From: Octopus bimaculoides
Taxonomy: Eukaryota
Assembly: GCF_001194135.2 (NCBI RefSeq)
Contig: NC_068982.1
Coordinates: forward strand, 141,075,661 to 141,133,130
Reading direction: 5' to 3'
Length of the DNA stretch: 57,470 nucleotides
The translations under genes were made by a program, and so were the position numbers. Below are positions 50,153-57,470 of the stretch, one piece after another (position 1 is the first letter of the stretch; every line of letters begins with the position of its first letter). Below the pieces are notes generated by a model. The model saw only the letters and a program-made list of their open reading frames with translations, was not told the DNA's origin and did not search any database.

Positions 50153-50538
50153 TTGTACTGACACTATAATCTTAGCTTTACTAATATGTCAAAGCATTAT
50201 ATATGTTTCATATGGATAGCACGTTTGTTAAATTTCTTTATCTTAGTACAATCATTATCGATTAAATGTGGATGAGTTAATATTCAAAATTACTTCTTTG
50301 CATAATTTTCAATATCAACCTATCTGAAACACTTGTAGGTGGAGGTGCTTGTCTCCTCGTAAACATAAGGACACAGGAAATGTGTCAAGGCCGACAGGAA
50401 GTGGCCCCGCTTCCGAAGGCTAAATGGTAGTAGCATGATACCCTTATTGGGACTGTCAGGTTAAGTTGACACTATACACCTACTTTATCGTAACACTGCT
50501 GCTTACGTCTCTCTGTGAGATTTAGAAATAGATCATTT

Positions 50539-50623
<85 letters not shown>

Positions 50624-50644
50624 GTATATATACATACACACATA

Positions 50645-50830
50645 TATGTATACAGTCAATCGAAACAAAGAACAAAGAAGAAAAAAACAATAACTGTATT
50701 ATCAGACGCTCAGGAAAGGAAGGAAAGAGGATTTTATGTTTCGAGCAAGGCTGTTCTTCAGAAATAGCGGAAAGTCCAAAAGAATGTAAGACGGAGGAAG
50801 AAAATCGCCAACGATACATAGTGGATTTAT
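50645..50830 (-). mobile_element. Penelope-type terminal repeat fragment with hammerhead-like motif
   Basis: Minus strand: attt-CTGAAGA-acagccttgctc-GAAAC-ATA-aaat, then ttcctgagcgtctgataatac (related to 8210-8480). Confidence 0.55.
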
Positions 50831-51078
50831 TTTCGTATCTTTATTCTACAAAATGATTCGGAAACATAAATTTACATTTGAATTTGGCATAGCTTACAAT
50901 GGGATGAAAACAAAATGGAAACTGTATAGTTTAGTACATATTAACATGATCACTTCTACATTTCATTTGATTTTTTTTTTTTTCTACGAACTTCAGAGCA
51001 TCTTTCAATAAAATGCATGTTGATAATAGCAAGCTAGATTTGAAGGAATTTTAATCATTCATAAGTTTAAAAACACAC

Positions 51079-51234
51079 ATCGTGTTATAGATTCCGTGAA
51101 GCATTTCAAACGAACGTGATGAATCATATTAAACAATCTTTCTGAGGATTTCTCTGCTGAACATATTATTAGATTGCGACTGTTTTGACTGGAAATTATA
51201 TACGTTGGAATTTGCTTAGCATGAAAGAGAACTC
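51079..51234 (-). CDS. Candidate symmetric phase 1-1 exon (VLFHAKQIPTYIISSQNSRNLIICSAEKSSERLFNMIHHVRLKCFTESITR)
   Basis: Acceptor tatatactttag|G, weak donor AT|gtgtgt, 156 nt open; phase-compatible with exon A. Confidence 0.28.
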
Positions 51235-51393
51235 CTAAAGTATATATTTGATAGTATTTGTCCTCCGTCACGTTTCTAATATATACGTACAAATACACAT
51301 GACAGAGTTTCCGTGTAACATACTGGTGTTTTAATTTCTAGTTTTCGTACAGGCATATGTTGTATTCATAATAATGTTTCCTTATGTCAAACA

Positions 51394-51461
<68 letters not shown>

Positions 51462-51661
51462 CTCTATCTCTCTATCTATCCTTGTGTATATACATATATA
51501 TACATACATATATACATACACATACATATATGTATGTATTCATGTATGTTTGTGTATGTAGATGTGCTCGTGTGTACGTGTGTGTGCATGTGTGTATGTG
51601 TGTGTCTGCGTGTGTTTGTATGCGTATGTAGTGTCTCTATGTTTGTATTTGTGTCTACATA

Positions 51662-52869
51662 CGAGGGTGGCATGACAATTTCATAGGCTGACTATGAAGG
51701 ATCGATACTAACTCTGCAAAATCTTACATGCATTAGTTACAACCCATTTTATTAGTATCGTCATTCATTTATCTCACGAAAAATAGCATCCGTCTGTTCA
51801 AATAAGACTTCAAATGTAATTTGTAGCCAGTTCTCTTAAAAATCGACAAAATTCGGCAAGGCAGTGTTATCAGGTTGCTACAGAAAAAATAGTTTAACCG
51901 TCAAGGACATCCATGCTCATACGGTTGCTATTTTAGGAGATCAACGGTGTAAAAGTCGGCAGGTAAATTAAGGAGAAAACGGGAGAGTCTCGAACATGAT
52001 CGAAGGCCTGGACGTCCTGCAATAACCACCACCGAAGAAAACATTCATTCCGTGTACCATATGATGGTGGATGACAGGCGATTGATAAATCAAATAGCCT
52101 GTTCTATAAGCACTTCTCATGAGTTGAGAGTATTCTGCAAAATAAACTTGATTTGACGAAGGCTTCTACACGGTGGGTACTGCATCTTCTGACATCTGTT
52201 CAATATCGCACCAATTTCGTTACATCACCGGAGTATCTCACATTGTCTGAAGCAGATCCAGTGGGTTCCTAAACGTTTCCTAACTCGGTATGGGTGTTGG
52301 GCACACCCCTTTATGTCAGAGACAATGTGACACTTCCTGCAGTTGAAACAAGCCTTTTTATTTGTTTTCAAGTAGGCTAAGAACGGTACCTCTGCAGGGA
52401 TGCTGCCGGCTTCAGTTCTTTTTTTAGATTCAAAGGGAACTGTCAACATACTGAGGCACTTACGATAGGCTATTAAGATCAAACGCTCAGGGAGACTGAC
52501 TAAATATGTATTGTGTCATCAGAACAATGCTCCAGTACTGAAATCAACGGATTGAAAGGGTGTTGTATGTGAACGTTTGGTAGCCCTCACTATTGCCCTG
52601 ATTTGTATCTATCTGTCTACCATCTGTTCCCCAACATGCACAAACAGTCGGCTAGGAAGCAGTGAATATGACGTCATATTTGTTGTTGATGGCTTTACTT
52701 CTTTGACCAGCAGGAAGGGAGATTCTGACTCAATTGGATATAAGCATCGCAACACCGATGAAAGAAAAGTGTGTACGGCAATACGAGATTATGCTAGAAA
52801 ACAAATCTCATATGATCACGTTTCATGAGAGTATTTTGGTTTGTCTATGAAGTTTTCAGCCAACCCTCG
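51662..52869 (+). mobile_element. Mariner transposon, both TIRs present, defective transposase
   Basis: TA|cgagggtggcatgacaatttcatagg ... ctatgaagttttcagccaaccctcg|TA. Peptides KASTRWVLHLLT, KRSGRLTKYVLCHQNNAP and PHYCPDLYLSVYHLFPNM. Stops, frameshifts and an internal deletion. Confidence 0.93.
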
Positions 52870-52930
52870 TATTTGTGTATATAAATATATGTGTATCAGA
52901 ATATATATGAGCAGTTGCGAGTGTGTATCT

Positions 52931-52982
<52 letters not shown>

Positions 52983-54277
52983 NNNNNNNNNNNNNNNNNN
53001 NNNNNNNNNNNNNNNNNNNNNNNNNNNNNNNNNNNNNNNNNNNNNNNNNNNNNNNNNNNNNNNNNNNNNNNNNNNNNNNNNNNNNNNNNNNNNNNNNNNN
53101 NNNNNNNNNNNNNNNNNNNNNNNNNNNNNNNNNNNNNNNNNNNNNNNNNNNNNNNNNNNNNNNNNNNNNNNNNNNNNNNNNNNNNNNNNNNNNNNNNNNN
53201 NNNNNNNNNNNNNNNNNNNNNNNNNNNNNNNNNNNNNNNNNNNTATATATATATATAAACATGATCATATCTGTCCATGTGCTGTGTGTATAAACATATA
53301 CATATATAAGTTTTATAAGTGACTGGTTCTAAATTTATTTCTATGAATCTTTCCGCCCTGGGAGAATTTCGCTATAAACTAAAGCCAAGCCAACTGAAAC
53401 ATAATTCTCAAAACTAATCAGAATACAAAGTCTGAGGCATCAATAAGAAATGCATATTTGTTGCAATAATATTAAACCAGATGTTGTTCTGCAAAATGTT
53501 CTCTTCTCACTCTGTCTATTGTATCTCTACAATTGCAAAGATTTACACCTTCCTTTTATTCCTGTAACCTTTCCTTATGTTCTCTAATCTATTTTCCACA
53601 ATAACTCGGTAACTTAACATTTTGTCATTGTACTGATGGCGCCATGTATGTATTCATTTGTCTCCCATACACACGTCTCTCTCTGTTCACCAATTTTCAT
53701 TCCTTCAATCTTCCAGTTTCTTTGGGGTTTTTTTCATTCTATCGATCTCTTCAGATAACTGTCTATATTCTTATCTTTCTCGGATTACTTTTTTCTATCT
53801 AGCTATCTGATCTCCATGTCTCCAATCGCTGTCTAGTTTATTAATGATGTGTGGCATATGTTATTTGATTCTCGGGGATAAAAGAACAAGTGAGATAGTT
53901 ATGGTGGTCAGCCCTGTATATTGCGGAGAACGTTAGGCAAAATCTGACATGAGATTGATAAGTTTTCGTTTAAATGACATTATATTTTCCCCACATTTTT
54001 TAATTTCTTAGACTTTTCGTTAAATTTAGGGAGCAAAATTTCAATTAAGAGTTAAATTAAAGATACATGTTTTCTAAGGGTTGCATTTATTGAAGTATTT
54101 TATGTGTCGATAAATTACTACAATTTTACGAACCAGTTTTCGTGTAAGCATTCGCAATAGAATATCAAGTAGTCATACAGCACTGTATCAAAAATTATAA
54201 CACGATATAAATGAAAGCAATATTCAAATACCATTAACAATAATATTTTTTAAAAATACTGTTAACATTGTCAAAGC

Positions 54278-54605
54278 ACAAGGCTCAATTGTTAGAGCGT
54301 TCGGCTAACAACCTGAAGCTTCTGAGTTCGCAATCCCATTCGGGACTGTGTGTTATTTTCTTCAGCAAGACACTTTATTACATGTTGCTCCAGTTCACTC
54401 AGCTGTAGAAATGAGCTGCGAAGTCACTGGTGTCAAGCTGTATCAGCCTTTGCCTATCTATTGGATAACGTCGGTGGCGTGGAGAGGTGAGGCTGGTTTT
54501 GCATGGGTAACTACTGATCTTCCATAAACAATCTTAACCGGACTTGTACCTCGGATAGTAACTTTTAAGGTGCAATCCTATTTTCATTCTTGACCAAAGG
54601 GGGAT
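54278..54605 (+). mobile_element. SINE-D copy
   Basis: tRNA-like head, ttcttcagcaagacacttta and body matching 49165-49480. Confidence 0.82.
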
Positions 54606-54933
54606 CATTGCCCTATTACTGCTAATATTAGCACTTATCATTAATGTTATCATAATATGATATCTTTGGAAGGAATACAGTAATATGTACGAAATAATAC
54701 ATAAAACTATTTGTGCTTGCTTGTTTGTATATATGTGTGTGTTTGCGCAAAGTATAATTTCTGTATAATGATTATGCAAGTAGGAAATGTGATGAATAAA
54801 CTCACTACGAAATCTATAGAGTTAATAATGAAACACACGCCGTAATAATTGTTAAATTCCTTTCATTTTCATTTTAATAAACAGAGTCAGTCTCTATTTA
54901 TTACCAATCAGTCGCGCTATACTTATTGATATT

Positions 54934-55012
<79 letters not shown>

Positions 55013-55023
55013 TAATAATAATA

Positions 55024-55304
55024 ACTCGAATGTGGAATCTAAAAACAGAAACAATTCCTATCATAGTAGGTGCCTTAGGTATAATAAAAAAAATATTCAG
55101 ACAAATACATAACAAAAATAGCAGGACTTACAAATATATATAACATACAGAAAATTGCACTACTGGGTACTGCACACATCCTACGCAAAACACTTTCAAT
55201 ACAGTAAACATAAGAGCACCACAGCAAACCACAGCACATACCCAAGGCGCACAGAGCTGCGCTCGGTAGTGAAGTGAAAGCACGTTATAAAAATAAAACT
55301 ACTG
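55024..55304 (+). mobile_element. Dong/R4-like LINE 3' end embedded in (AAT)n
   Basis: ITRMWNLKTETIPIIVGALGIIK / YSDKYITK..NIQKIALLGTAHILRKTLSIQ*, a short 3' UTR, end ctactg|aataataat. (AAT)n at 54936-55023 and 55305-55330. Confidence 0.85.
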
Positions 55305-55339
55305 AATAATAATAATAATAATAATAATAATGATGATGA

Positions 55340-55950
55340 TCTCTTGATGCAGCACCAGGCTTTGGCTCTTATGAGATTTGGTTTCAATTGAGTAGAAGTG
55401 TTATAATGTACAAGATTTGTCTTAGTATAAAAGATTGCCTATAACACATATTCTGCTCAAACCACAGATTTGCTTGTCAGTTCATTGACGTTAGTTAGTT
55501 GATCATGCTCCTGAGTGGCTGTCGAGATGTGTATCTTTGATTATGAGCAGAAATAGTGGGGGATGATCATAACAATGAGTTGAGAGTGGTTCTTTGGAGT
55601 TTGAATAATTCACCTCTGGAAAACTGAGTGTTCCATACATCAAACTTAAACAAATTCAGGGAAATTCTGAGCGATTTGGGATACTCAAAATGAACAAAAT
55701 TCTAACTGGGTCCCACCTGCATGGTCATATGCTGTTTATCTGAGATCACCAAATATGAGATCACGAAATCGCGCACATACGTATGGGATGCATGCACCTG
55801 GTGTATCTTTATCCGACGGGTAGTCATGATGGTTATACTTGGCTCCGTATATTTCTAACCAAGTGTCATTTTCATGTCATGCGCTGTTCTCACACTCAAT
55901 AATGGAAGGAGATGTGGACCGTGTGCCTAGAGTATAAAAGAATAATGTAG
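55340..55950. repeat. Unclassified interspersed repeat (about 600 bp)
   Basis: GC-elevated non-coding block starting at the AAT/GAT tract. It resembles a repeat I recall from octopus DNA; no second copy in this window. Confidence 0.35.
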
Positions 55951-56074
55951 GATGATTGTTATTTGGATGTTAAGTAATATGACAGAATATATGGCGGGAC
56001 CGTTGACCAGATGCTGTTTTCCGCTCTTACAGGATTAGGCGGATTAAGTGAAATCGAGAGCTCTGGGAAATGAA

Positions 56075-56188
56075 ATGTATGATGACGATGATGATGACGA
56101 TGCTGATGACGATGCTGATGACGATGATGATGATGATGTAGCTGATGGTGTCGACGATGGCGTTGATGATGATTAGAAGAAGAAGAAG

Positions 56189-56220
<32 letters not shown>

Positions 56221-56394
56221 GAAGAAGAAGAAGAAGGAGGAGGAGAAGAAGAAGAAGAGGAAGAAGAAGAAGAAGGAGAAGAAGAAGAGAAAAAGCAGAA
56301 GGAGAAGAAGAAGAAGAAGAAGAAGAAGAAGAGGAAGGAGAAGAGGAGAAGGAGAAGTAAAAAGAAGAAAGAGAAGAAGAAGAAGAAGAAGAAG

Positions 56395-56427
<33 letters not shown>

Positions 56428-56893
56428 AAAGAAGAAGAAAGAGAAGAAGAAGAAGGATGAGGAGAAGGAAAAGGAGGAAACGAAGACCACTAAAGAGAAA
56501 GGAAAGAGACAAAGAAGAAGAAGAAGAAGAAGAAGGTGAAAAGAAGAAGAAAAAAGACAAAGCAAAAAGAAGACAATGAAGAAGAGAAAGAAGAATAGAA
56601 AGAAGAGATAACGAGAAACAAGTGGAGAAGAAAAAGAACGACGAGGAAGAAAAACGTGAAAAAGGAAAGGAAGAAGAAGAAGAAAAAGAAGAAGAAGAAG
56701 AAGTAGAAGAAGAAGCGGAGGAGGAGGAGCAGGACAAGTAAAGATAAGAAGAAAGAGAAGAAGAAGAAGGATGAGAAGAAGGAAAAGAGAAGACGAAGAC
56801 CACTAACGAGAAAGGAAAGAGACAAGGAAGTAGTTGAAGAAGAAGAAGAAGAAGAAGAAGAAGAAGAAGAAGAAGAAGAAGAAGAAGAAGAAG

Positions 56894-56924
<31 letters not shown>

Positions 56925-56925
56925 G
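56075..56925 (+). repeat. Purine-rich block: (GAT)n then (GAA)n with embedded non-periodic motifs
   Basis: Read directly; two copies of the CCACTAA-containing core. Confidence 0.92.
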
Positions 56926-57090
56926 CATAGTTGAAGATAACGGATAGCATGGTGCTGTAAGCAGCGGGTAGCAAGCAAACTATCCATGCATGACGCTAGG
57001 AGATCCAATAAAATCTGTGATGAAAACAAATAATAATAATTGTTAAGATAATAATTATAACAATTATAATAATAATAATAATGATGATGA

Positions 57091-57470
57091 TGGGAAACAC
57101 TAGCCATAAACAAGGTGGCACCAATTATTATAAAATACATAAAGCACCCAATGAACAAATGGCAGACAGTGCTACAGCTCCAAATAAAAGAGGGACTTGT
57201 GAAAACGAAAGCCATCCCTATTAGAAGAGGAATATTCCAGGGAGACACGCTATCTCCACTCCTGTTCTGCCTGGCACTCACACCTTTAACTGATTTGCTA
57301 AATAGAACTGGATGCGGTTACAAATGCTACGGAAAAACAGTCAGCCACCTTTTATATATGGATGACCTAAAATTATATGCAAAAAATTACAAAGAGCTAG
57401 AAACACTACTACAGACAGTACACGGCTTTGCCAAGGAAATAGATATGAAATTCGGATTACAAAAATGTGC
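57091..57470 (+). mobile_element. Dong/R4-like LINE reverse transcriptase, 5'-truncated, frame open to window end
   Basis: About 126 uninterrupted codons: ..IPIRRGIFQGDTLSPLLFCLALTPL..VSHLLYMDDLKLYAKN..DMKFGLQKC. Begins directly after (AAT)n(GAT)n. Missing from the ORF track because there is no stop codon in the window. Confidence 0.92.

Noticed and set aside
52577-52828. EYDVIFVVDGFTS resembling a vWA MIDAS motif
   Set aside because: It lies between the mariner TIRs and corresponds to the decayed transposase C-terminus (DDVISAVDDFF region).
53440-53830. Possible old LINE relic on the minus strand
   Set aside because: No diagnostic motif could be read with confidence.
18057-54360. tRNA genes at SINE heads
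   Set aside because: A/B-box-like motifs are present, but there is no intact cloverleaf and each continues into a SINE body or tail.
822-56974. Long ORFs made of YI/CV/LS/HT dipeptides, X runs, or poly-R/E/S/L/H/N tracts
   Set aside because: They are translations of microsatellites, N gaps and low-complexity blocks; these simple repeats lack stop codons in some frames.

Overview
AT-rich, repeat-dense eukaryotic (animal) genomic DNA from a gapped draft assembly, with many N gaps sitting inside microsatellites. The SINE families, microsatellite load and LINE/mariner content look like a coleoid cephalopod (Octopus-like). That assignment is an inference from recognised repeat sequences, not a database result. 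Almost every ORF in the supplied track is an artefact of microsatellites, N runs or low-complexity DNA. Recognisable content: (i) about 30 tRNA-headed SINE copies in four working families (my labels SINE-A to -D), including monomer, dimer and trimer forms of SINE-B; (ii) two decayed mariner transposons; (iii) LINE relics of five clades: CR1-group, RTE, L1/Tx1, CRE-like and Dong/R4-like; (iv) a Penelope-like RT + GIY-YIG relic and three Penelope-type termini with decayed hammerhead-like motifs; (v) a phase-compatible set of candidate minus-strand exons of an unidentified gene, best supported at 47.7-48.8 kb. There is no CRISPR array, rRNA, intact tRNA gene or confidently nameable host gene. I cannot show a wholly new system here. 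The most promising leads are the cryptic exons, the AAT-targeting Dong/tRNA-SINE pair, the hidden purine-rich dispersed repeat, the permuted inverted duplication around a highly structured element, a twin-priming-like RTE inversion, and multimeric SINE insertion. Boundaries of decayed repeats are approximate.
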